DNA of 62,353 bases, the filler included, from Caldilineae bacterium (lineage in GTDB: Bacteria; Chloroflexota; Anaerolineae; DTLA01): NCBI GenBank assembly GCA_037446815.1. It is 7 parts of 7 records of this genome, joined end to end, with 100 filler letters (N's around TTAATTAATTAA, not from the genome) between each part and the next. Parts side by side here need not be neighbours in the genome. Positions count along the whole stretch, not along the records: positions 35,945 to 44,710 come from JBBIHX010000126.1; positions 44,811 to 53,555 come from JBBIHX010000127.1; 5 more parts are not named here. The stretch is one strand, 5' to 3'. The position numbers were made by a program, and so were the translations under genes. The notes under the pieces were generated by a model, which saw nothing but the letters and a program-made list of their open reading frames with translations, was not told the origin of the DNA and did no database searches. Below are positions 35,978 through 45,005 of this stretch, piece by piece. Numbering within the stretch: the stretch's first letter is position 1; each line of letters opens with the position of its first letter.

Positions 35978-37036
35978 TTAGCCCCGCGCGGCCATGCGCC
36001 CGCCCCCGCCCCGGGGCAGCGCGAATGACAGCGCAACCAGGACCGCGCCGGCCAGCGCCCCCGCGCCGCCCAGGAACAGCACCCGGCTCCATACCGACGA
36101 AATCACGCCATCAAAGGCAGCCCGGGCCATGACGGCAATGTCGGCGGGCAACGCGCCATTGGGCGACGTGGCCACCCACGTCCAAAGCGCCATCCGCGCC
36201 TCGTGCACCATCCCGAAAACCGCCAGGGCCAATCCGCCGCCCAGCAGGAGCGCCCAGCCCCACCATTGGAACAGCGCCCGGGCGGGCTTCCAGCGCAGGA
36301 TGCCGATGAGCAGGAATGCTCCGAGCAGCGTCGCGCCGAGCAGGGTCAGGGTGCGCTGGGCCTCCTGCCGCGCCTCCCGCACCTGCTGCAGCCCGCGGAG
36401 CAATGACGCGCCGCCCTCGTCATCCTGGGCCAGCGCCAGGATGTCCACGGTGTCGGGTACCGATTCCATCTGGCGCGCCAGATTGCCGCGCAGGTTGAGG
36501 GTGTCGGAGCGCACGAACCCGTCAACGTCAAAGTTCGGCGGCAGGCAGAGGGGAATCTCGCTACCGCTCAGGAGGGCCACCAGCGCCTGGGCCACGCGCT
36601 CCAGCGTGCACGGGGGCAGTCGTCGCAGTTTCTCGGCCAGGAGCGTCTCGGCGACGGCGGGCGCTTCCTGCTTCAGTTCCACCAACGAGAGAACGAGCGT
36701 GGGCTGCGGCGCGTCGCTCTTCATCCAGTCAAACAGCGCGCCGAGCCACCGCTCCATCTGCGCCGTGAGCCACGGGCCGGTAACAAGTTGCTCCGCGACC
36801 CAGTCGGCATCCTCGGCAGTGAACAGGGGCCCCAGCGCGCTGCCCTCCGCCAGCACCTGCGCCGCCACCTGCCCCCGCACCAGGCCCGCCGCGGTACTCA
36901 CGAACTCGGGCTTGGCGAGGATGGCGGTGTACGTGGCGGGCGAAAAGAGGGCGTCCAGCGCGGCCCACCCCATGACCGCCAACGCAAACCCCAGGATGAA
37001 AACCAAAGCCAGAAAGCCCGCAAGAAACTTCCTCAT
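35978..37036 (-). CDS. hypothetical membrane protein
   Basis: N-terminal TM, periplasmic-type region with LPPCT..PLC, three C-terminal TMs; start coupled to the miaA stop. Confidence 0.75.
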   Translation of the reverse strand: MRKFLAGFLALVFILGFALAVMGWAALDALFSPATYTAILAKPEFVSTAAGLVRGQVAAQVLAEGSALGPLFTAEDADWVAEQLVTGPWLTAQMERWLGALFDWMKSDAPQPTLVLSLVELKQEAPAVAETLLAEKLRRLPPCTLERVAQALVALLSGSEIPLCLPPNFDVDGFVRSDTLNLRGNLARQMESVPDTVDILALAQDDEGGASLLRGLQQVREARQEAQRTLTLLGATLLGAFLLIGILRWKPARALFQWWGWALLLGGGLALAVFGMVHEARMALWTWVATSPNGALPADIAVMARAAFDGVISSVWSRVLFLGGAGALAGAVLVALSFALPRGGGGRMAARG

Positions 37037-37974
37037 GCATCCTCCTCGCTCTCCAGGAACGCCTGGATCAACGCGGCGGCCTTCGCCTCCGCAGCCTCGT
37101 CGCTCCGCAGCCAGTGGATGCGCGGATCGTCAGGGCGGAACCAGTTGGCCTGTTGGCGCACGAAGCGGCGCGTCGCCCGCTTGATTTCCCGCACGGCGTC
37201 GTCCAGCGAGCACTCGCCCCGAAGATACGCGCCGATTTGGCGATAGCCCACGCCCGTCATGGCCGGCGCGTCCCACGCATACCCCTGCTCGGCAAGTCGC
37301 CGCACCTCCTCCACCAGGCCCGATTCTAGCATGTGCTCCACCCGTGCGTCAATCCGCCGGTACAGTTCCTCGCGGGGCAGCGTAAGGCCAATCCAGAGCA
37401 TCCGATACTCGGGCGCGCGCGTGGTCTGCAGTTGGGATATGGGCTTGCCCGTGGTCAGGCACACCTCCAGCGCCCGAATGACGCGCCGCACGTTCCTGGG
37501 GTCAATGCGTCGGGCGGCCTCGGCATCCAGCGCCGCCAGCCGCCTGTGCAGGGCCTGGGGGGTCTCCGCCGCGATGGATTCCAACTCGGCGCGCAGTTCG
37601 GGGTTCGGGGGAACGCGGGGGATTTCCAGCCCCTCGGCCACCGCGCGCACGTACAGGCCGCTCCCGCCCACGAGGAACGGCAGCCGCCCCCGCCTGTGAA
37701 TCTCGGCGATGGCCTCCGTCGCCGCCTGCTGGAACTCGGCGACGGTGTACCACCGGTCGGGCGCGACGATGTCCAGGAGATGGTGCGGCACGCGGGCGCG
37801 CTCCTCGGGCGTGGCCTTGGCCGTGCCGATGTCCATGCCGCGGTAGATTTGGCGCGAGTCGGCGGAGACGATTTCGCCGCCGAACCGCTCGGCCAGGCGG
37901 ATGGCGAGGGCCGTCTTGCCCACCGCCGTCGGCCCCACGATGAGAACCAGCGGCCTGCTACTCGCCCACGGCAT
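37033..37974 (-). CDS. miaA: tRNA dimethylallyltransferase
   Basis: GPTAVGKT, SADSRQIYRGMDIGTAK, PHHLLD, VGGSGLY, RVIRALEV. Confidence 0.98.
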   Translation of the reverse strand: MPWASSRPLVLIVGPTAVGKTALAIRLAERFGGEIVSADSRQIYRGMDIGTAKATPEERARVPHHLLDIVAPDRWYTVAEFQQAATEAIAEIHRRGRLPFLVGGSGLYVRAVAEGLEIPRVPPNPELRAELESIAAETPQALHRRLAALDAEAARRIDPRNVRRVIRALEVCLTTGKPISQLQTTRAPEYRMLWIGLTLPREELYRRIDARVEHMLESGLVEEVRRLAEQGYAWDAPAMTGVGYRQIGAYLRGECSLDDAVREIKRATRRFVRQQANWFRPDDPRIHWLRSDEAAEAKAAALIQAFLESEEDA

Positions 37975-38323
37975 TGGGGATCACCTCGCACCGTTCCACG
38001 CGGCCCCGCTCGTCCAGGGCCACGGCCACCACATCAAGCCGCCACGCGCCGGCGTATCCGCGCTCGGCCACGTAGGTCTGGGCGACCTCTATCATCTTGC
38101 GTTGCTTGCGCGGGCCGATGGATTCCTCGGGCGTGCCCATGCGGTTGCCGCGCCGCGTGCGCACCTCCACGAGCGCCAGCACGTCCCCGTCCATGGCCAC
38201 GATGTCTATCTCGCCGACGGCGCAGCGGTAGTTGCGCTCCAGCACGCGATAGCCCAACTCCTGCAGGCGGCGAACGGCCACATCCTCGCCGAATGCGCCC
38301 AGCCGCTGTCGCCGCGTGCTCAT
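37958..38323 (-). CDS. YraN family protein (UPF0102)
   Basis: GAFGEDVA, ERNYRC..GEIDIVA, VEVRTR, RLDVVA. Confidence 0.93.
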   Translation of the reverse strand: MSTRRQRLGAFGEDVAVRRLQELGYRVLERNYRCAVGEIDIVAMDGDVLALVEVRTRRGNRMGTPEESIGPRKQRKMIEVAQTYVAERGYAGAWRLDVVAVALDERGRVERCEVIPNAVGE

Positions 38324-38325
38324 GG

Positions 38326-38988
38326 CTACCTGCTCCGCGCCGCCGAGAGCGACTCCAGGCATGCCCGCACCGGCGCGAAGGTGCGGCGGTGGATGGGGCA
38401 CGGCCCCAGCGCCCGCAACGCGGCCAGGTGCTGCGCCGTCCCGTACCCCTTGTGGCGCGCGAACCCGTAGCCGGGATACAGGCCATCCAACTCGGCCATG
38501 AGCCTGTCGCGGCGCACCTTCGCGACAATGGACGCCGCCGCCACTGAAAAACAAAGAGCATCGCCTCGGACGATGCTCTTCTGGTGTATCGGTTCGTGCG
38601 GCAGACTCACCGCGTCAATCAGCAGGAAGTCGGCCGCGATGCCCAAATCCGCGATGGCCCGCCGCATGGCCAGCCGCGTCGCGGGAAGAATGCCGATGGC
38701 GTCAATCTCGGACGCCGACGCAAGCCCGAATCCAACCGCGAGGGCGGTCTCCATGATGCGGCGCTCCAAGTCCTCGCGTGTGCGCGGGGGGAGCGCCTTG
38801 GAATCGCAGACGCCGTCCAGCGCAGCCAGTCTGTCGGCCGACTGCACCGGCAGCACGACCGCCGCGGCGGCCACCGGCCCGGCCCATGTGCCCCGCCCCG
38901 CCTCGTCCACGCCCGCGATGATGCGGTACCCCGCCTCCAGCAAGGCCCGCTCCTCCGACAGCGTAGGGACCGGTCGGCGCGGCGTCAT
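38326..38988 (-). CDS. rnhB: ribonuclease HII
   Basis: GVDEAGRG..AGPV, DSK, VAAASIVAKVRRD, HKGYGT. Confidence 0.97.
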   Translation of the reverse strand: MTPRRPVPTLSEERALLEAGYRIIAGVDEAGRGTWAGPVAAAAVVLPVQSADRLAALDGVCDSKALPPRTREDLERRIMETALAVGFGLASASEIDAIGILPATRLAMRRAIADLGIAADFLLIDAVSLPHEPIHQKSIVRGDALCFSVAAASIVAKVRRDRLMAELDGLYPGYGFARHKGYGTAQHLAALRALGPCPIHRRTFAPVRACLESLSAARSR

Positions 38989-39015
38989 AGGCAAAGGGCC
39001 GGCGCAGGTGTGCCG

Positions 39016-39384
39016 CTACTCGGCGGCAGGCGTCTCAACCCGACGTTCGCGCAACCGCGCGGACTTGCCTCCGCGGCCGCGAAGGAAGTACAGTTTGGCG
39101 CGGTGCACCTTGCCGTGTCGCAGGACTTCCACCTTCTCCACGCGAGGCGAGTGGAAGGGGAACGTGCGCTCCACGCCCACGCCATGGGCCCCGATGCGGC
39201 GCACGGTGAAACTGGCCGCCGGCCCGCCCTTCTTGATGCGAATCACGACGCCCTGCACCAACTGAATACGCTCGCGGTCTCCCTCTACGATGCGGCTGTG
39301 AACGCGCACCGTGTCGCCGGGAGCCAGCGGGGGTATATTCGGATTCGGCTCAAGCCGCTCTACGGATTTCAAGAGTTCGCTCAT
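39016..39384 (-). CDS. rplS: 50S ribosomal protein L19
   Basis: PGDTVRVH..EGDRERIQ, FTVRR, GVERTFP, VHRAKLYFLR. Confidence 0.98.
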   Translation of the reverse strand: MSELLKSVERLEPNPNIPPLAPGDTVRVHSRIVEGDRERIQLVQGVVIRIKKGGPAASFTVRRIGAHGVGVERTFPFHSPRVEKVEVLRHGKVHRAKLYFLRGRGGKSARLRERRVETPAAE

Positions 39385-39418
39385 GCTGTGCAACCTCCGA
39401 TCATAATAGCAAAGACAC

Positions 39419-39447
39419 ATTATAGTCTCTTACGCCGAAATCCGCAA
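39419..39447 (-). promoter_or_regulatory. rplS promoter
   Basis: minus strand TTGCGG-17 bp-TATAAT. Confidence 0.7.
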
Positions 39448-39462
39448 ATCGCGCCTGCGCGT

Positions 39463-39612
39463 GATTCGGTTTCATCTTGTGTTGGTGAATTGCAGGCGCA
39501 CCCTCCTCGTGTGTCATTGCGAGCGAAGCGAAGCAATCCCACGCCCCGGAGATTGCTTCGGGCACTGCGTGCCCTCGCAATGACGGCTAACAACAGACTC
39601 TGGAACCGAATC
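39463..39612 (-). mobile_element. 150-bp MITE, copy 3
   Basis: GATTCGGTTTCA...TGGAACCGAATC; 8-bp DR CTGCGCGT/CTGTGCGT. Confidence 0.87.
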
Positions 39613-39639
39613 CTGTGCGTGATTCGGTTGGCGCCTGCT

Positions 39640-39923
39640 GTCATCCGGAGACGCGAAGCCGCGAAGAATCCCGCAACTCGAGACCCTTCGCTTCGCTCAG
39701 GGGGACAGGCTGGCCATTAGCCGATGGCCGTTAGCCGTTAGCCGCCAGCCCCGCGCAGCCACGCCCCTGTGGAGCAAGTTGCCAACTTGCCCTACACCCT
39801 CAGCGCGGCGGCTTTAGCCCCGCGCGGCCATGCGCCCGCCCCCGTGGAGCAAATTGGCAATTTGCTCCACCTCAGCATGACAGGGGGCATAACGTGCGAC
39901 GCACCTCGGAGGTGCGTCGCACG
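39640..39923. repeat. REP-like mosaic
   Basis: 39640-39756 is an inverted near-copy of 44555-44672 (including TAGCCGN heptamers); GTGGAGCAA palindromes; GTGCGACGCACCTCGGAGGTGCGTCGCAC. Confidence 0.85.
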
Positions 39924-40100
39924 CGCCCCCGCCGCTTGACGCCCCAGACAATTCCGGCTACTATCTACCCAACGCAACAGGCACAGACAGCAACACCTCA
40001 CCGCAGCCGCGTCCAGGCCGCAGAGGCCCGGCCGAACACCGGGGGCCTCTCCGCGCTCCCGCGACCACTGCGGTGAAATCCATCCCGAAGGAGCGCGCCC

Positions 40101-41219
40101 ATGCACGTCCGCAAATTGGACACCAACAACCGCCGCGACGTCCGCCAATTCATCCAACTCCCTTTTGACATCTACAAGGACAACGCCCAGTGGGTTCCGC
40201 CCATCCTGCCCGAAATCCAGTCGGTCTTCAACCGCAAGAAGCACCCATTCTACATGCACTCCGACGCCGACTTCTTCGTGGTGGAGGAGGGCAAGCAGAC
40301 GCTGGCCCGCGTAGCCGTCATGGAAAACCGCAACTACAATCGGCATCATGGCGTCAAGGACGCGTTCTTCTACTACTTTGACGCCTACGACAACCCCGAT
40401 GCCGTGCGCCTGCTGTTTGACGCCGCCTTTGACTGGGCGCGGGCGCGCGGCCTCACCCGCATGATCGGCCCCAAGGGGTTCCTCCAGGGCGACGGCATGG
40501 GCGTCCTGGTGGAGGGATTTGAGCACCGGCCCGCCGTCGGCATCCCCTACAACCACCCGTACTACGATGCCCTGCTCACCGCCTGCGGATTTGAGAAGGA
40601 AACCGACTTCTCGTCGGGGTATCTGCCCGGCAACCACGACCTAGACCCGCGCTTCTACGAGATTGCCGAGAAGGTGAAAGAGCGGCGCGGCTTCCACATC
40701 AAATCCTTCGCCAGCGAGAAGGAACTCCGCGCGTGGATTCCCCGCATCGGCAAGGTGTACAACGACTCGTTCGTGAACAACTGGGAGTATTGCCCCATCA
40801 CGCCCGAGGAGATGAAAGTCATCGGCGAGCGGCTCATCGCCATCGCCCACCCGCGCCTCATCAAACTGGTCATGAAGGGCGACCAGCCCATCGGGTTCGT
40901 GTTCGGATTCATGGACATCTCGGCGGCCATCCAGAAGACCAAGGGGCGCGTCTGGCCCTTCGGGTGGATCACCCTCATGCGCGAGTTCAAGCGCACCAAG
41001 TGGGTCAACTTCAACGGCACAGGCCTGCTGCCCGAGTATCAGGGGCTGGGCGGCAACGCGATTCTGTACACGGAACTGGCCAAGAGCGCCCGCGACTTCG
41101 GCTTCCTTCACGCCGACGTGGTGCAGGTGGAGGAGCAGAACATGAAGAGCCTGGGGGACATGGCGGCCATCGGCGTGCGCTGGTACAAGCGGCATCGGCT
41201 GTACCGCAAGGCGTTGTAA
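40101..41219 (+). CDS. GNAT-like N-acetyltransferase (YghO-like)
   Basis: FIQLPFDIY..WVPP, GVLVEGF, YNHPYY, WPFGW, GLLPEYQGLG. Confidence 0.75.
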   Translation: MHVRKLDTNNRRDVRQFIQLPFDIYKDNAQWVPPILPEIQSVFNRKKHPFYMHSDADFFVVEEGKQTLARVAVMENRNYNRHHGVKDAFFYYFDAYDNPDAVRLLFDAAFDWARARGLTRMIGPKGFLQGDGMGVLVEGFEHRPAVGIPYNHPYYDALLTACGFEKETDFSSGYLPGNHDLDPRFYEIAEKVKERRGFHIKSFASEKELRAWIPRIGKVYNDSFVNNWEYCPITPEEMKVIGERLIAIAHPRLIKLVMKGDQPIGFVFGFMDISAAIQKTKGRVWPFGWITLMREFKRTKWVNFNGTGLLPEYQGLGGNAILYTELAKSARDFGFLHADVVQVEEQNMKSLGDMAAIGVRWYKRHRLYRKAL

Positions 41220-41249
41220 AGCGGCCAGGGTGAGGCGCCTCCGCACCCC

Positions 41250-41987
41250 TCACGGCAACTCCAGCCCGTGCGCCTCCAGCAGCGCCCGGTCGCGCAGCAG
41301 GTCGGCGCTGGGGCCGTCGGCCACCACGCGGCCCCGGTCTAGAATCACCATGCGCGGGAACAAATCCCGCACCATCAGCAGATCGTGGGTGCTCACGATC
41401 ATCGTCTGCGACATGGAGTCCAGCAGGCGAATCAACATGCGGCGGCCCCGCGGATCCAGCCCCGCCGTCGGCTCGTCCAGCACCAGCACCGACGGCTCCA
41501 TGGCCAGGACGGTCGCCAGCGCGATGCGTTTCTTCTCGCCGGCGCTCAGGCGGTGCGGCACGCGGTCGCCGTACCCCTCCATCCCCACGGCGGCCAGCGC
41601 CCGCTCCACCCGTCGCCGCACCTCGTCCTCCGGCAACCCCATGTAAAGCGGCCCGTAGGCCACGTCCTCAAACACCGTCGGCGAGAACAACTGATCGTCA
41701 GGCTCCTGGAAGACCAAGCCCACCAGCGCCCGCACCCTTTTCACATGCTCACCCGCCACCGGCAAGCCCGCCACGCGCACATGTCCGTCTTGGCTCCCCA
41801 GGATGCCGTTCAGGTGCAGGATGAGGGTGGACTTGCCCGCGCCGTTGGGCCCGACCAGCGCCACACGCTCGCCCTCGCGCACAATCAGGTTCACGTCCAC
41901 CAGCGCCTGCTGGCCGTCCGGATACCGAAACGACAGATTGCTGACCTCAATCAGCGGTGCGCGCTCCAACCTACCCTCCCTAGCCAA
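41250..41987 (-). CDS. cbiO: ECF Co/Ni transporter ATPase
   Basis: GPNGAGKST, FQEPDDQLFSPTVFEDVAYGP, LSAGEKKR, LDEPTAGLD. Confidence 0.92.
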   Translation of the reverse strand: MAREGRLERAPLIEVSNLSFRYPDGQQALVDVNLIVREGERVALVGPNGAGKSTLILHLNGILGSQDGHVRVAGLPVAGEHVKRVRALVGLVFQEPDDQLFSPTVFEDVAYGPLYMGLPEDEVRRRVERALAAVGMEGYGDRVPHRLSAGEKKRIALATVLAMEPSVLVLDEPTAGLDPRGRRMLIRLLDSMSQTMIVSTHDLLMVRDLFPRMVILDRGRVVADGPSADLLRDRALLEAHGLELP

Positions 41988-42771
41988 AAAGAATCCCTAT
42001 CACGGCCAGCAGCGCCAAGATTGCCATGCCGCCCGCAAGAACGGCGTACTCAGACGGGGCCAGCGGCCGCAGGGCAAACGTCCGAATGTCGCCATCGTAC
42101 CCCCGCGCCAGCATCGCCTGATACACCCGCTCGCTGCGCTCGTAGCCGCGGATGAACAGATTGCCCACCATCCCGCCCGTAACCCGCGCGCGCCACGCAA
42201 CCGAGCCGCCGCTTTTGGCGCCCATGTCGGCGCTGCGCGCGTCGCGGGCGATGCGCAGCGTGTTGGCCTCGTGGGCGAACAAGAACAGATAGCGCCACAT
42301 CAGCCCGAAGATGACCACCAACAGGCGCGGCACCCGCAGGGCGCGCATGGCCGCCAGCATATCGGAGAAGCGCGTCGTCGCCGTCAGCAACACGGCAAAC
42401 TGCAACGACACGTAGGACTTGACCAGCACGGACAGGAAACGTTCCACTCCCGCCAGGGTCGCGTCCAGCGCCAGCGGGCCAATCCGCAGCGAGAGGACGG
42501 GTGCGCCCGGCGTGGAGAACGCCAGCGGCAGGGCCGCCAGCGCGAAGGGCAGCGCGATGAGGCCGCGCCTGAGGGTAAACCCCACGCCCAACTGCGCCGC
42601 GACCGCCAGGGCCACCACCGCCGCCAGGAGCAGCACATACGACGGCCAGGCGCCCAGAGGCAGCGCCGCCGTGACGAGGATGCTCATCACGGCGACGGCC
42701 ACCTTCACGCGCGGGTCAGCCCGATGCACCAGGCTGGCCCGAGGACGATACGGATCCAGAACGTCTGCCAT
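41980..42771 (-). CDS. cbiQ: ECF Co/Ni transporter T component
   Basis: HRADPRVK, ATTRFSD, WRYL, ERSERVYQAMLARGY. Confidence 0.92.
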   Translation of the reverse strand: MADVLDPYRPRASLVHRADPRVKVAVAVMSILVTAALPLGAWPSYVLLLAAVVALAVAAQLGVGFTLRRGLIALPFALAALPLAFSTPGAPVLSLRIGPLALDATLAGVERFLSVLVKSYVSLQFAVLLTATTRFSDMLAAMRALRVPRLLVVIFGLMWRYLFLFAHEANTLRIARDARSADMGAKSGGSVAWRARVTGGMVGNLFIRGYERSERVYQAMLARGYDGDIRTFALRPLAPSEYAVLAGGMAILALLAVIGILFG

Positions 42772-42818
42772 CTCCTCTCCCGAATCGGCGCCCTAACCCT
42801 GCAACCGCAGGCATGTTC

Positions 42819-42910
42819 TGTCATTCTGAGCGGAGCGAAGAATCTCCCGGCACTGCGCAGCCTAGGCCCCAAACGCGAGATTCTTCGTCGCTCCGCTCCT
42901 CAGAATGACA
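42819..42910. repeat. paired REP-like inverted repeat inside the cbi operon
   Basis: TGTCATTCTGAG..GAAGAATCTC / GAGATTCTTC..CTCAGAATGACA. Confidence 0.85.
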
Positions 42911-42925
42911 AGTTAGGTTACAGCA

Positions 42926-43942
42926 TTAATGCTGTGCCGCCCTACGCCGCACGCCCTGGGACACCAGGTACGCCGCGGCTGCGACGATGAGCGTGCCCAC
43001 GATGCCCGCAACGATGGTCGCCACGGCCTCGTTGGAGATGCCCGGGAAGACGTAGTCGGGGATAATGTTGTACAACGGGTCGCGGGCCGCCTCCAGGAAT
43101 CCCTGCTGCTCGGCCACCCACTCCAGCCCGTCGGGGTGGGCCGACGCCAGCGGCGACAGCACGGCAAGCACTAACGCCAGGGCAACGCCGCCGACCCATA
43201 GCGCCTTCTGCCCGGCAGTGGCCCTGGCGGTCGGCGCCACCAGGTCAGGCCGCGCCGACAAGACGAACACCAGCGCCCCCGCCGTAATCAGCCCTTCACC
43301 GATGCCGATGAGGGCATGGATGCCGCCCATGGCCGGAACCGCCACGTTCGCCGGCGAAGTCCCCGAAAGCGCCAATTGCAACGCGCACGACAGCGCCGCA
43401 ACAAGAATGGACCCCCACGCGGCCACAAACCCGCTCACCGGCACCGCCCAGCGCCGATTGCCCAGCGCGCGGCTGAGCAACTGATACACGCCGTAGCCCA
43501 CCAACACGCCCACAATCGCCATGTTGAACAGGTTCGCCCCCAGCACCAGAATCCCGCCATCCTGGAACACCAGCGCCTGGATGCTCACGACCGCCGTCAT
43601 GACCACCATGGCCGCCCACGGGCCCAGGAGCACCGCCGCAAGGGTGGCCCCCAGCAGATGGCCCGACGTGCCGCCGGTTACCGTGAAATTGAGCATCTGG
43701 CCCGCGAAGATCACGGCGGCCAGCACCGCCAACAGCGGAACCCGACGCTCGTCCAACTCCTGGCTCACCCGCCGCAGCGCGTAGCCGATGACGACCACGG
43801 CCGCAACCCAGAACACGACGGACACCGGAACCGAAAGGAAGCCATCGGGGATGTGCATGGGCTGCGAGCCCCCTGTCGGCGCAAGGCCCCCCGCGATACG
43901 CCCCAGCGCCGCTACCGAAGCACCCATTGCAGTGATAGACAT
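42926..43942 (-). CDS. cbiM: ECF Co/Ni substrate-binding component CbiM/NikM fused to a PDGLE (NikN-like) domain
   Basis: MHIPDGFL (from 43858), GGTSGHLLG, DGGILVLGAN, HALIGIGEG, PDGLEWVA. Confidence 0.92.
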   Translation of the reverse strand: MSITAMGASVAALGRIAGGLAPTGGSQPMHIPDGFLSVPVSVVFWVAAVVVIGYALRRVSQELDERRVPLLAVLAAVIFAGQMLNFTVTGGTSGHLLGATLAAVLLGPWAAMVVMTAVVSIQALVFQDGGILVLGANLFNMAIVGVLVGYGVYQLLSRALGNRRWAVPVSGFVAAWGSILVAALSCALQLALSGTSPANVAVPAMGGIHALIGIGEGLITAGALVFVLSARPDLVAPTARATAGQKALWVGGVALALVLAVLSPLASAHPDGLEWVAEQQGFLEAARDPLYNIIPDYVFPGISNEAVATIVAGIVGTLIVAAAAYLVSQGVRRRAAQH

Positions 43943-43984
43943 GGTATCCTCTCCCTGAACAAGAGTTTGGCCGAAACGCCACCG

Positions 43985-44455
43985 CTACGGCGCGTCGGCA
44001 TGATGCTCGTCGTGGGAATGCTCAGCATGCGCGTGCTCCTGGCACGCGGGGCAGATGCCGAAGAAGGCGAAATGCTCGGCGCGCGGCAGGTATCCGTATG
44101 TCTCGCGCAGGTACTCCCGCACGGGGTCCAGAAGCGAGTCGGGGAGCGTGTGCCGCTCGCCGCACTCCAGGCAGACCAGGTGATGGTGTGGCTCCTCGCC
44201 GATGTACTCGTACTCGTGGCACTCGCCGCCCAGGTCCGTCTCGGCGACCAGGCCCGCCGCCTTCAGCCACTGGAGGTTGCGGTACACCGTGGGCACGGAG
44301 AGGGTCGGGTACGAGTCGGCCAGTTTGTCCAAGATGTCTTGGATGGACATGTGGCAGCCCGCACCCTTGATGACCTCCAGGATGGCGAGGCGCTGGGGGG
44401 TGAGGCGGTAGCCCTGCTCCTGCAATTGGCGCGCAACCTTCATATGGTGAGACAT
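43985..44455 (-). CDS. Fur-family metalloregulator with a His-rich tail
   Basis: GYRLTPQRLAIL, TVYRNL, HHHLVCLECG, GICPAC, HAHAEHSHDEHH. Confidence 0.95.
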   Translation of the reverse strand: MSHHMKVARQLQEQGYRLTPQRLAILEVIKGAGCHMSIQDILDKLADSYPTLSVPTVYRNLQWLKAAGLVAETDLGGECHEYEYIGEEPHHHLVCLECGERHTLPDSLLDPVREYLRETYGYLPRAEHFAFFGICPACQEHAHAEHSHDEHHADAP

Positions 44456-44470
44456 GGCTTGCTCCTGTAA

Positions 44471-44516
44471 GCAGTTGCAACTGCACAATTATACTATGTG
44501 TCGTGGGCGTTGTCAA
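44471..44516 (-). promoter_or_regulatory. consensus promoter with an overlapping palindromic operator
   Basis: minus strand TTGACA(44511-44516)-17 bp-TATAAT(44488-44493); perfect palindrome GCAGTTGCAACTGC at 44471-44484, over the predicted start site. Confidence 0.8.
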
Positions 44517-44554
44517 AAAGCGGGGAACCAAGTGAGGTTCGTGGGGGGCGGGGC

Positions 44555-44710
44555 GCGCGGGGCTGGCGGCTAGCGGCTAACGGCTATCGGCTAATGGCCA
44601 GTCCTGTCACCCTGAGCGAAGCGAAGGGTCTCGGTTTGCGAGATTCCTCGCGGCTTCGCCGCTCGGAATGACAGATTGCCGCGGGCGTGGGCCCGTGGCC
44701 GCGCGGGGCC
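44555..44710. repeat. REP-like mosaic
   Basis: GGCTANC heptamers, GTCACCCTGAGCGAAGCGAAGGGTCTC..CTCGGAATGAC. Confidence 0.8.
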
Positions 44711-44810
44711 NNNNNNNNNNNNNNNNNNNNNNNNNNNNNNNNNNNNNNNNNNNNTTAATTAATTAANNNNNNNNNNNNNNNNNNNNNNNNNNNNNNNNNN
44801 NNNNNNNNNN
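44711..44810. other. artificial contig linker
   Basis: N44-TTAATTAATTAA-N44. Confidence 0.98.
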
Positions 44811-44940
44811 GAAGCCGCGAAGAATCTCGCCGACCGAGATGCTTCGCCTTCGGCTCAGCATGACACCACAGGGCTGTCCTTCTGAGCGGCGAAGCCGCGA
44901 AGAATCTCACGCCCATCCGTGCGATCCGTGGTATCCGTGG
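44811..44940. repeat. REP-like mosaic
   Basis: two GAAGCCGCGAAGAATCTC units, GAGATGCTTCGCCTTCGGCTCAGCATGACA, ATCCGTG tandem units. Confidence 0.8.
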
Positions 44941-45005
44941 ACACCGCTTCTCCGTTCGCGTGAGCCCGATTCGCCCCAAGCGCGCCGGTCGTGTATAATC
45001 AAAGC

